From Lytechinus pictus (lineage: Eukaryota), in NCBI RefSeq assembly GCF_037042905.1, contig NC_087250.1, positions 10,604,001 through 10,668,000 of the forward strand: DNA of 64,000 nt, written 5' to 3'. How positions within the stretch are numbered: position 1 is the first letter of the stretch; each line of letters starts with the position of its first letter. The position numbers were made by a program, and so were the translations under genes. The notes under the pieces are model-generated. The model did not search any database. It worked only from the letters and a program-made list of their open reading frames with translations, and had not been told where the DNA came from. Below are positions 1 through 11,433 of the stretch, in pieces.

Positions 1-50
1 GAATGTTTTAAAAGAGAATAATGTCATTTTTTGGATGTATATGACTACAT

Positions 51-354
51 GATAATAATAATTGTAATAGTAATAATGCAGTTCAAGTATAGCGCATATC
101 AAATTATGTCATAACGTCCCTATGCGCTTCCAGAGGACTTGGATATTATTACCCTGGCTTTAGCCCCGCAGCCTTTTACAGCGCGTTGGCATTTCAAGGA
201 ATGAATTCCTGCCGGGTACCCATTCATCTCACCTGGGTTGAGTGCACAATGTGGATAAATTCCTTGCTGGAGGGAATTACACCATGCCTGGGATTCGAAC
301 CCACGACCCCCTGTTTCAAAGTCAGAAGATTATTCCACTGGGCCACAACGCTCC
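51..354 (-). mobile_element. tRNA-derived SINE
   Basis: Minus strand begins GGAGCGTTGTGGCCCAGTGG (A box) ... GGTTCGAATCCC (B box); core GGGTACCCATTCA(T/C)CTCACCTGGG shared with copies at 25170 and 35213; (ATT)n-like tail. Confidence 0.85.
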
Positions 355-477
355 ACATTGGCATTCATTATTTTTATTTTCGCAGTAGACATGCCCTTCT
401 AGCTTATGGAAGTTACAACGACCTATCAAGTCATGTAACGACTATATTTTACGACTATATATGTGAAGAGGGGGGGG

Positions 478-740
478 GGGCGTCGTGGTCTAGGGCTTAC
501 GTCTCTTGTCTTTCAATCAGAGGGACGCGGGTTCAAATGCCAGCTATTGCATGTTTTCTTCAGCAATAAATTTACCCCAATTGTGGTGCACTCAGCTAAC
601 CCAAGTGAGTTGAATGGGTACCCAGTATATTATTTCCTTGAATGCACTAAGTGGAGGAAGACAGCTCGAGCTAAAGCCGGAGTAATAATATTAACAATGC
701 GCCTCAGAATTCATTACTTTCAGATAAATGGTGCTATATC
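478..740 (+). mobile_element. tRNA-derived SINE, diverged, oriented opposite to the 51-354 copy
   Basis: GTCGTGGTCTAGGG...GGGTTCAAATGCC head; core GTGCACTCAGCTAACCCAAGTGAGTTGAATGGGTACCC. Confidence 0.75.
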
Positions 741-789
741 GTTTGGAGTAATGGTCATTCTTGGCTGCACACTTGAACTACCCGGGCCC

Positions 790-1062
790 GGCCGTCTTAC
801 AAAGAGTTGCGATCACTGATCTCTCCTCTACAGGAGAGATCAGTGGTTGCGATTGATCCGATCAACCACAACTATGGAAAGCCAGCAGCGTCAACATCTA
901 AAATACGTGTTGAAAATATTTTCCAGATATAATGTATATTTATACATTAATTGTTCTGTTGAAAATTCAGTGTACAAAGGATATTGTGCAAATTTCCTGC
1001 AGTAAAAATTATGACATTGATGAATTTCCATACAGCTGTTGATCGGATCAATCGTAACTCTT
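790..1062. mobile_element. MITE, same family as 13637-13906 (PIF/Harbinger-like)
   Basis: GGCCGTCTTACAAAGAGTTGCGATTGATCCGATCAA left end and GATCGGATCAATCGTAACTCTT right end match the 13637-13906 element. Confidence 0.7.
814..845. mobile_element. 32-bp palindromic micro-insertion with 8-bp TSD
   Basis: CACTGATCTCTCCT-CTAC-AGGAGAGATCAGTG flanked by GTTGCGAT at 806-813 and 846-853. Confidence 0.8.
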
Positions 1063-1225
1063 GGACCTTGGCAGTATGAGGAACCCTAGGTAGACCATTG
1101 ATGCTGCTGAGTAGGGCCATCCTCCCGTTTTCATTTGTCAACTTCACTTTACAATTCGTGGAGAGCCATGCAACTCATAATTACGAAATCTGTAAAACTT
1201 TAACATTTTGCTATTTTATACACAG

Positions 1226-1396
1226 GATTGGAAAATCTTGAAAGGCCGTGCATTTCCTTCATGCCATGTAGCTTTATTACATCGCGTAATAATGACGTCA
1301 TCGAATTAATCCCGAAGATTTCAAGCAAAATGATGACAGACAATGCCTTTAACAGAAATCTTGAGGAAACTACGATGTTAATGTGTTCTTTGCCAG
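1226..1396 (+). CDS. Putative internal exon (phase 1-1) of the EGF-FReD gene
   Basis: CACAG acceptor at 1221-1225, G|GTATGA donor after 1396, open frame (LENLERPCISFMPC...MLMCSLP) phase-compatible with the EGF exon; no recognised domain. Confidence 0.4.
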
Positions 1397-2248
1397 GTAT
1401 GAAAATAAAGTTACTTGAGTGTGATAAAAGTGAGTGAGAGAGAAACAAAGAGGGGGGGGGATCAAGAAAGTTGCTATAATTATTATAATAATAAACATGA
1501 ATTTGTATAGCGCAGTTTTTATATGAATTTATTCGGCTGCACTTGTTCAGAATTCTTTTTACTGAACTCTACATTGCTCATTTATATTTCACAAATTATA
1601 TGCGCAGTTGATAACAAATCAATGAAATAATGGAAAATCGATGTGCAGTTTTTGTTTACCTTTGTACTGCTTCACTCCCTTCTCACGGTGACGATCATAG
1701 GACCAAAGAAGACTAGCATGAAGAGAATGTTATTCAGATGACAATTACAGTCACCTGTTAGTGAATTCGTTATCTAAGCGATGAATGTCCACCTCTTCAT
1801 AGGTCCATGGTTTAACAGTAGGAAGACCGGGCTTACTCGACCATTGGCTCATTAGCATAATTATATTCTTTGTTAGGTTTCCGTCACTGATCTATAACAT
1901 GAGAGTGGATTCATATTCACACATGACTGACATGAGCTTCTGCGCAAATCGTTTCTGATGTGCCTCAATATTTATTGTTTGTAATCCGTCTTGCATGAAC
2001 GATTTGCTAAGCTGTTGATGTTAAATCAAAGACGAGATCCTACTCTTACCAGGCATATATCATATTTGTAGTTAAAACGTACTTAATGATTGTGAAATCT
2101 AAGAAAATGGCTTTCCCGTTTGTTTGAATGCACTGTTGACTTAAATTTTTTATCTTTATCATGTCCTGATGAAGCCCTATCAGTGAAAATTCGATTGATT
2201 TTTTTTCTCTACGGTTGTTTCATTCACTTTATATATATATATATAAAT

Positions 2249-2287
<39 letters not shown>

Positions 2288-2288
<1 letters not shown>

Positions 2289-2407
2289 TCCAAAGGGAAG
2301 ATAGCTCTGGGGAACCATGATTTAAGGTACGCCTACCATTGTTCTCTTCATTCATTTCTTTCACAAAATATTTAAATACTAGAGTTGCCAAAACTGTTGT
2401 ACATGTA

Positions 2408-2410
<3 letters not shown>
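2288..2410 (+). repeat. Fragment of the 408-bp tRNA-like unit, inside (TA)n
   Basis: Matches 45572-45697 (GATAGCTCTGGGGAACC...TACGCCTACCATTGTTCTCTTCAT...GAGTTGCCAAA); TA microsatellite on both sides. Confidence 0.85.
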
Positions 2411-2447
<37 letters not shown>

Positions 2448-2471
2448 AAATATTCATAATATCTCCTACAG

Positions 2472-2546
2472 CCTGCCTGAGTAACCCTTGTCAGAATGGA
2501 GAAACTTGTGTGGAAACCATGGTCGGTTATCAATGCGAATCACCGG
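2472..2546 (+). CDS. EGF-like exon of the EGF-FReD gene
   Basis: CCTACAG acceptor; translates CLSNPCQNGETCVETMVGYQCESP; G|GTGAAT donor; 75 nt, phase 1-1. Confidence 0.8.
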
Positions 2547-3151
2547 GTGAATATCTATTTTCTTATTCCATGCATTCGAGTTCTTAATTATCGTACAGTT
2601 AATTTTCATTCCTATCATTGAAAACAGAAATTGATAACTTGGATAGTATATCGTGTATGGTCTTTAACTTCCTATGCATGTAGACATTTGAGTGGGAAGT
2701 TGATGAATAAACGATGAATATAATGGTGATAGTGATATTGTAATTTATATATCGCCTTTTCATGTTGATACAAAGCGCATGATGCAAGAACATATGAAAT
2801 TGATTTTATATACATGAGTTTTCACATGCTTTTTTTATAGGGCAATTGATGCCCATTGTTTTTTTCTGATCAAGTGAAACTTAACTCCGAATGGAGCTAG
2901 GAGTTACATCTGTTTCGGGTCAAAGTGACTGGTTTCCGAGCTACTTCGACTTGGAAGCGAATGATTTTTACCTGATGACACAACATTCTGAGTCAAATTC
3001 ATTCCGTCTGAGTCATGTTAACTCGGATTAGCTTTGAGTCCCAATTGGAATCATTCCAAGTAGAATTTCACTCTGTAGAACCAAGAGTGCATTGTTTCGT
3101 AAATTTAAGGAGTAGAAGGAGGGGAGGGGTTATATTACATGTATACCGCCC

Positions 3152-3888
3152 AACCTGTCTATTTCAGTGACCTGTCTATAGTGACCACTAAATCTGATTT
3201 CCATGGAAGCAGATTGTTTGTAAAAGAACCTTGGGCCGTTTCTTAAAGCTGTTCGGAAGTTAAGAGTGACTTTACGATCGCGACTGTTGATCTTTTGTTG
3301 TGATAAATTATATTCACCATTAAACATGATAAATGTTCATTGGTGATTATCTTGCGTGTAAGAAAGGTTCATCAGTCGTTCCTAAAGTCGCTCTTAACTT
3401 ACAAACAGCTTTATGAAACTCCAAACTGTCTATAACGGCCAGCTGTCTACGTTTTTTGCCTCCTGAGGTGGTCAATATAGAGTACCAAAGTGTGACGCCA
3501 TCAGTTTTCCCTTTTTTTAATTTCAACGTTTTGATATCATATAATGGTAGAGCATGATGAAAAAAACTCACTACCAAAATTAGGTGGGAATCAGTCCATG
3601 GGGCCTGAGAAATGACCTCATGAATACATAATTAGCCCCATTGTCCAAAGTCAATATATTATTGGTCTGGTTCTAAATGTTGGAAACCAGGCCAATAATA
3701 CACTAACTTCAGTGGGGCTAATAATGTATTCATGAGGTCATTTCTCAGGCCCCTATGGCCCGATCCCACCAAATTTTGGTAGTGGGGGTTTTCATCATGC
3801 GCTACCAAAATATGGTATAAAAAACACTGTAATGCTATAATTTTTTTGTGACGTCATCACTTCGGTACTCTATTGGCAGGTTTCACTG
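3152..3888. mobile_element. Nested MITE cluster (host plus inserts at ~3233-3422 and 3477-3873)
   Basis: Inner TIR ATAGAGTACC(A/G)AAGTG at 3477 and 3873; second palindromic insert AAAGCTGTT..TAAGAG(T/C)GACTTTA; host ends GGCAGGTTTCACTG. Confidence 0.55.
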
Positions 3889-3934
3889 TCATTATTATCA
3901 TTGACATTAGTCTTACCCAAATTTTTCTCCCCAG

Positions 3935-4083
3935 TGTGCTATTCTGATTGTCGTGCTGCGTATGACGCTGGTCACCGCGAGGATGGTGTCTATCAGATCT
4001 GTTTTATCACATCAGACGGTGTTCACAAAGGACCCTACAGTGTATGGTGCCGCTATGATGAAGCATTTCAAATTGGATGGCTG
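3935..4083 (+). CDS. Fibrinogen-related domain (FReD) exon, N-terminal part
   Basis: TCTCCCCAG acceptor; CYSDCRAAYDAGHREDGVYQI...PYSVWCRYDEAFQIGWL fits FReD DC..GVY..VxC..GW pattern; GT donor at 4084, phase 0. Confidence 0.85.
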
Positions 4084-4605
4084 GTACCGTCCTCATTCAT
4101 TATACACTAACAATACAATTTGTTGTCATACATGCATGCTTTTGTTTGTTTTTAATCTTCTCCACTACTTTCTTCATCTTTCTGGCCAAATCCTCTCTCT
4201 GTAATTTCTTTATATATCTCCTTTTAATTACATTTTCCATTACTCACCTTTTCTCTGTCTGTCTCCCTATGCCGTCTTTATCCTTCCCCATCTTCTCGTT
4301 TCTTATACTTTTCATTCATGCATGTACAATGTGCCTCATTTAGTGGTTATAATTTGCGTACTTAATATTTATAATGTCCAATACAATGTATGATTTTTTA
4401 AATAATTTTCAACAATTTATATCCCTGTATTATAATAAGAAGTACTAGTAATTGTATTCAATTTATATAATATCATGTTTGTACTGAAGTATTACACGTA
4501 TTCTTGTTATTGTAAATTGTACACATGTTTTTATTCAGCCTTTGGCTGCGAGGCATGTTTTAATAAACCATTGTTGAATTGAATTGAATTGAAGTTTTTG
4601 CATCC

Positions 4606-4909
4606 ACTACGCAGACGCTTTCTGAAATGTAAAAAACTCTACTGATAAATGCCCGTCAAATTACAATGAACAGCTTAAAGGGCATTGTCGAATATCGGTG
4701 AACCTGTGCAGCAGATTGTCCTAAGATTCGGAGCAGACAAAAAGAAATTGCAAATGTGTTGTTTGTCCCATGGACCTACTACTCCTCTAGGTCCATGTTT
4801 GTCCAGGACGACACTGCTGTTTTGATTTACCGGTTTTCGACAAAGGCAACTTTGACATTAAGGCCTTTTGACAATAGATTCTCAACGGTCCAGAAAGCGT
4901 CCGTGTAGT
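4606..4909. mobile_element. Palindromic MITE
   Basis: TIR ACTACGCAGACGCTTTCTG / CAGAAAGCGTCCGTGTAGT. Confidence 0.6.
4769..4797. mobile_element. 29-bp palindromic micro-insertion with 7-8 bp TSD
   Basis: CATGGACCTA-CTACTCCTC-TAGGTCCATG flanked by TTTGTCC at 4762-4768 and 4798-4804. Confidence 0.7.
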
Positions 4910-5145
4910 TGTTGTTTGAGTGTATGTGACTATAGTAACACACGTCACAACTGAAACTGTAAATGATTCACCTATATTGTCAAATTACAAGAATGTGTGA
5001 GCTTAAGTGTGATGGTGTGTGTGTGGGTGGGGTGTGAGGGTGTGTGTGTGTGTGTGTAAGTATATCACAATGTTTTCGTATTAAAAGACTTTCTGATACC
5101 TATTCATTTCTTTTCTTTTATACGATCGACATCCATTTAATTCAG

Positions 5146-5401
5146 GTCATTCAGAGGCGCTATGACGGGAGCATAAACTTTGAACGGCCGTGGGATGATT
5201 ACAAGCACGGCTTTGGTAATATCTCGACGGAGTTCCGGCTCGGGAACGACCTCGTCCACGACCTGACAAGTAGGAGGTCCTACCTTCTCCGCATAAACAT
5301 GTGGAGTGTGGACGGTTCATATATGCACGTGAGATACAGCCCTTTCCGAGTCGAAGACGAGGGTAGTGGTTACCAACTCCACCTTTGTCGACATGTATAT
5401 G
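5146..5401 (+). CDS. FReD exon, central part
   Basis: TTCAG acceptor; VIQRRYDGSINFERPWDDYKHGFGNISTEFRLGND...FRVEDEGSGYQL, classic FReD signature; G|GTACGT donor, phase 1. Confidence 0.92.
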
Positions 5402-6225
5402 GTACGTGATGTCCGCAGGTTTATTCTGGTTTTATTTTATTGATATTATCACATCACTTTTCGCAGGCTTGTCTCATTCCATCGGGTCTTCGCGTCGCAG
5501 CTAGTAATCGCGCAACCCGACCATTCGAGGAATCGAGGAAGACCAAACGGAATGACACAAACCCTTTTCGCACTATCAATACACATTTTTTGTAATGTGT
5601 AATGGTTGTTATCCTCACTATTGTGATTATTAATATTAGTAATAGTATTAGAAGTATTGTTATGATCTATTATGGGGTCATTCCATGCCAATTCACCCAA
5701 TGAATGTGCAATTTTGCACCCGACCCTCTCAGAATTCGTTGTAATTTGGTACACATAAAATTCACCATAGCCCACGCACAAAACAAAAAAAAAATGTCCA
5801 ATCGGTCCGTCGGTTCTCGTGCTACGGCCCACCCTTTTCTCATTGTTTTGACAAAAATGGGCGTGACCTTCAACTTTCAATGGCCATTGGGCCGTAACGT
5901 GTTGACCAATTTTCACGAAACTGGTACCATTCAAAAGGAAATTCAGAGAAGAAGAATTCAACACATGCGTCAAATAATGTATTGGAGGGGTTTATAAGGT
6001 CATGACTTTTGACCTTTACTTTGACCTTGAGTTTGACCCCCGGACCAATGATATTTTATTTCTTCACATTTGAAAACTCTTCCAAAGATACCAATTATCT
6101 GATCTGAAATTTCACTCTAGTCCCACATACTGATATTCATGTTAGTAAAGTGTTTACCAGTCCCATGATATATGATTTCTTCCCATTTTAAGTTACAGTT
6201 CGCAAACAGATGAAAATATTTTTTT

Positions 6226-7425
6226 TTTGATGACGTGTATGAGTGTACGAGAGACGTGCATGCAAAACCTGTTGCGAGGGTACGTTTTCTCCACGCTGTC
6301 ACTGAATACTTCGATCACGAAATGAAAGAAAACCCAGAAGTTTATCGAAATTTTGGATTTTCAGATTGATGATTTTGAAGATGAAGAGAATGATAATGAA
6401 GTTTCTAGCTCTAGTGACGTGGATGGAGGTAAATTAGGGGAATTACGTCTGTGATGATGAGTCGGACAATTCAACCTGCATGCCAATTCGCTATCAACTC
6501 ATGCAGCTGCTATTGCTAGCTGCACGTAGGCCTACCGCGGGCCAAAATAAATCCATGAAAATTCCAGCCTGACTGTACTTACAAATAAGTGAATATATCC
6601 GAATCTGAAGGCAAATCAACTCAACGAATAGAAGCAGACGATATTCACCGACGATAAACTTCACGTGGTTGGGATAAATATTGTCACTCGTTTTGTTAGA
6701 TATAATTTCTACCTCATTATTTTGACAAAATTACGAAGCTCGGGTAATTATTTATCTATATTAAAATATAGTAACACCTCGTATTATTTTTAAATTACGA
6801 TAAAACTTTTTTGAAGCAAAAAGTTGAGGTAAATTAAAGTTAGATGTAAAAGATCACCCCCAACATGTGTAGCTCGTATGTGATTGTAAACAAACCATCC
6901 AAAATGCCGATTGTGAGCTGTGCAACACGTGCATCTACTCTCTCAGCCAAGGCGAGCAAGCAATGTGTTTGTGAAGGTTTGTTTACAATCACATATATCA
7001 TTATTTTCCTTCTTTAGAGCCTTGACAGAGGGAAGAGACTCTGTATGGCTGGTCAGGCTGGAATTTTCATGGATTTATTTAGGCCCGCGGTAGGCCTACG
7101 TGCAACTAGCAATAGCAGCTGCATGAGTTGGTAGCGAATCGGCATGCAAGTTGAATTGTCCGACTCATCATCATAAACGTAATTCCCCTAATTTACCTCC
7201 ATCCACGTCACTAGAGCCAGAAACTTATCATCATTCTCTTCATCTTCAAAATCATCAATTTGAAAATCCAAAATCTAGATAAACTTCTGGGTTTCCTTTC
7301 ATTTCGTGATCGAAGTATTCAGTGAGTGTGGAGAAAACGTACCCTCGCAACAGGTTTTGCATGCAAGTGGAGCTTGACGTGGGAGAGGCAATCACGTCTC
7401 TCGTACACTCATACACGTCATCAAA
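6226..7425. repeat. Long inverted repeat (arms ~6226-6573 and ~7052-7425) in a FReD intron
   Basis: Arms are near-identical reverse complements; the right arm has a short extra segment; inner IR TGTGATTGTAAACAAACC/GGTTTGTTTACAATCACA in the spacer. Confidence 0.85.
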
Positions 7426-7929
7426 TTCGAGTCAATTCAGAGACCGATGGGAGGCGTATTTTGGAGAGACATTTTAGCGCTTTTTAATTGGCGATTTCCA
7501 CCTTATGTAATACTTTCGTTATTTTTGAATGACAAAAATGATAATCCCCACATCATGACCTTTCCACTGATATATAATAAGGCCATATTCATAATCAATA
7601 TATTTCTTCTTTAACCAATAGTCTAATGGGTATTGTTTATACGTTCATCATTTGCGTTAAACGGGGTCGCCTGGGAGGGTTTTCTGTAATGGAAAAAGTT
7701 TTCAAGAAAAGAAGTAAGAAAGAAAGAGAAAAGGAAATAAAGAGGGTGAAATGTACCATTTTCCGATGAATACGTGTCTATTTGAAATCTATGGCTATTC
7801 AATTTTTCAAGGTCTTTGCTATTGCCACATATGCCTTTTGTAACACCTAAAAGTATTGGCTCGTTGTGCTACTGGTCATTATATAGCCTAGAAAAAGTGA
7901 AGAGGAATGAGTATAATGGTACGAGATTT

Positions 7930-8382
7930 GCGCATACATTCGTAATTCCGAAACTTCGTTATTCCGAAGGTTCGGATATTTTGAAGGTTCGTTATTCCGA
8001 TGATTCATATTTCCGAAGGTTCGCTAGTCGGAAAACGAAATGAGGTTCGTAATTCCGAAGGTTCGTTAGTCCGAAAACAAAATGATTAACGAACCTTATT
8101 TTGTTTTCGGACTAAAGAACCTTCGGAACAACGAACTTTATTTCGTTTTCGGATTAAGAAACCTTCGGAACATCGAATCTTATTTCGTTTTCGGATTATC
8201 GAACCTTCGGAATAACGAGCCTTCGGAATAACGCCACAAATGTTCGGATTAACGAACCCTTTTATGTTTTTGAATTAACGAACATCGAGGTATAGGTAAT
8301 TTACGTGTTTCGGAATTACGAACCTAGCTTTAGAATAAAGCTCCTTCGGAATTACGAACCTCCGGAATTATGAAGGGTAACC
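7930..8382. mobile_element. Foldback-type MITE built from short GAAGGTTCGTAATTCC-like units
   Basis: Units forward in the left half and reversed in the right half; direct repeat CGAGATTT(G) at 7922 and 8383 (8-9 bp TSD). Confidence 0.7.
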
Positions 8383-8606
8383 CGAGATTTGGCCACGTCA
8401 TACTCATGCCAAAAAATCGTATACTTTTTTTAAATGAAGGTTGATAAAAAAAAAATTGTGGTTGGCTTATATAAGATATCGGTTAAATTTTGTCCCCATA
8501 ACTGCAATGTCACTTAAAATTTCGCCCTTTGTTGCCTCCTTTCACCCCCATCCAATCTGATGAAATCAAACCTTTGGTTTCTTTTTACGTAATTTGCTTG
8601 AATTAG

Positions 8607-8842
8607 AGAGTAGCCTCGAACTGCAAGATAGAGCTAAGTTCAGCACGATCGACCGGGACAATGATCAGTTACCGGGAAATGACACTTCATGCGCTCGACT
8701 GAAAGGGGCTGGATGGTACGCGGATTGCGGCAACGTCAGTTTCAACATGAGACGAACGGAGAACGGAACGATTGGGGAATGGCTGTTGGATGGAACGGTG
8801 ATAAGGTTGGGAAGCTTTGAATTTGCCATGAGACCAGTTTGA
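8607..8842 (+). CDS. Terminal FReD exon
   Basis: TTAG acceptor ending at 8606 keeps phase 1; KFSTIDRDND...SCA...GWYADC...AMRPV* matches FReD C-terminus. Confidence 0.88.
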
Positions 8843-9117
8843 ATTGATGACAATAGGCGGCGCTGCACCATCCCGAGTTTGCTCAATCTCGAGATTTTAG
8901 CCTGATTGGCCCTCTTCTATGAGCCGCCGATTGTACCAATATTATATAGAACAATTATTTGTTATATAATAATTATTTATTAAATAGTAACTATTATTGA
9001 TATATAATTTACATTTTATTTGTAAATAATTACTATCATATAAAATAACATTTCTAATTAGTTATATATAATTCCCAGTAATACTTCATTATTTGTAAAT
9101 AATAATAGTTCGACATT

Positions 9118-9390
9118 CCATTATTTATAAATAATGATTATTTGTTTTTCATTATTTATAAATAATGTTTATTTGTTTTTCATTATTTATAAATAATGAT
9201 TATTTGTTTTTCATTATTTATAAATAATGATTATTTGTTTTTCATTATTTATAAATAATGATTATTTGTTTTTCATTATTTATAAATATTGTTTATTTTT
9301 TCATTATTTATAAATAATGATTATTTGTTTTTCATTATTTATAAATAATGATTATTTGTTTTTCATTATTCATAAATAATGATTAATTGT
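9118..9390. repeat. 31-bp AT-rich minisatellite (~8-9 units) containing an 18-bp palindrome
   Basis: Unit CATTATTTATAAATAATG-ATTATTTGTTTTT; period 31 (9150, 9181, ...). Confidence 0.9.
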
Positions 9391-10265
9391 TATTTTGTTG
9401 CCCTCTACGTTCGTTGGCTTAGATTAGATGATATCACCAGGTTGCACGGGCCTAATCACAAGTGGCAGGCCATAGATATTCATTCGAGGCAACCCATTGC
9501 TCAATTTTTAAATTTGATCTTGCTGATTGACAAAAATGAATTAATATGATTGACAATCTAACACTGATTCTAGGGAGGGTACCTACTGAACTTCTTTTTT
9601 CCAAATTGGAAAGATATATCACCACTATGGAACTAAATTTTTACTGGCGGAAGAATTAGGGTCATGTTACTCTCTCAAGTGATGATTTCGATCCCGTCAG
9701 GTGTAGTCTTCACAAATGCAAATTTTTGAAATGAGCCGGTTAAGGTACCTCTTTCTGGTCAGATATGGAATGTCAGACATTTATCCTATCCACTGGTAGT
9801 AAACATTCAACCCTCGAATTCCCTCCTTATTTTTAATGAATTCTTTTTAGGTGCCACTTTAACACACGAGTCTATGGGGATTGAATTAGGCCTGTGATAC
9901 CACCAGCAAACACGTAATTGTGATTGATTTATGTAGCATCGGTAACAAACTAACGGCACTACAAGGTTGTGAAAATAACCCAAAGGGTAGTATTAGAAGC
10001 ATTTGTGAAATGTTCTGAAACATTGCTAAAAGCTCTTATTTTGTTATGAATAACGCACATTGACCCCACTGTAGTTTCATAGAGAGCCACAATGATCAGC
10101 AACACAAAATCATTTTATCATCTCACCTTTTTCATATCTACTTTAGATGTAAGCTGAACTTGGCCATGGGTGTATTCCTATATTATTGAAGTTTTTATCT
10201 TTCACTTCAAAATGTTGCTGTTTCATCAAATCTATCACCCAGTCACATATTGATGCTTCAGTGAC

Positions 10266-10335
<70 letters not shown>

Positions 10336-10342
10336 GTGTAAA

Positions 10343-10554
10343 GTTTAAACGCAAGTCAAAAAATCAATCGCAAGTCCCAAATGCGCGCTGTTGATTGGTT
10401 TAAAATCAAGTTGCGCGTGATTGTTTTGAGTTGCGATCGATTGCAACTCTTTCTGCAACGGGCCCCAGGGCCCCGTCTTACAAAGAGTTACGATTGATCG
10501 AATCAATCGCAACTATGGACGGGCAGCAAAGTCAAAATATAAAATGCATCTTTA
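10343..10554 (-). repeat. Inverted local copy of 13821-14033, between (TA)n tracts
   Basis: Reverse complement of the two-MITE junction GACGGGGCC-CTG-GGGCCCGTTGC including diagnostic flanks. Confidence 0.85.
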
Positions 10555-10845
10555 ATTTATATATATATATATATATATAAGCAGATATGTTGCAAGCTAC
10601 AACTCACATTCCTACTAGAGGTAATTGATTTATTTTCTTCATGTTTTTTTTGCTATTGTACATTGTTTTCTAATTCGACTGTAAAATTGAAAAAAGGTGA
10701 TACCACAATAAGAGACCCGTACCTACCTAGCAGTGATTGGGAGGGTCCATACTAGCTCCCTTTGGTGTCAAACCCTTTCCGTGGCTAGGGTTGAATGAAC
10801 TCTTATCATGGTGCTCCTATGGGATTCCGCTCCCAGTCTGATAAA

Positions 10846-11200
10846 ATAATAATAATAATCCGCTTTTTTATATAGCGCTTAATCCATCAGAACGACGTGT
10901 CTAAGCGCTTTACAGATATATTATTACCCCGGTCATCGGATTTAATTAGTCATTCCCGCACTCAATGTGTGCACATCCTCCACTCCCTGGGGAGTATTCC
11001 AGTCAGTCGCCTGTGAGGCGCACACAGTACTGGACGAGCTACAATGACTTTCACATCCTACCGGGTACCCATTTAGCACCTGGGTCGAGAGTGGCAAAGT
11101 GTGGATTAACGCCTTGCCAAAGGACGCCAGACCGCGGTGGGATTCGAACACACGACCCTCTGTTTACAAGGCGAGAGTCGGAACCACTACACCACGGCAC
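10846..11200 (-). mobile_element. tRNA-derived SINE (second subfamily)
   Basis: Minus strand GTGCCGTGGTGTAGTGGTT...GTTCGAATCCCACC head, CCGGGTACCCATTT core, (ATT)n tail. Confidence 0.8.
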
Positions 11201-11433
11201 GTCAGGCGGCATTCAAGAAAAAAAAAGTTTAAAAGAGGGTGACGTAGGTCTTGAAGAAACCTTTGAAAGTTTTCAAATTCACAAGCCATGGCGAAATGAC
11301 ACGTCTCTAACAAGGAAACGTTCTCAAGTAACGACATTTGTCACCGCATGGATCCATTTTACCAATAGACATATTAGATTAAAATGAATATATATTCCAT
11401 TGCCGGTTTGCCTGGAGAAACTTGTAGCGTTAG

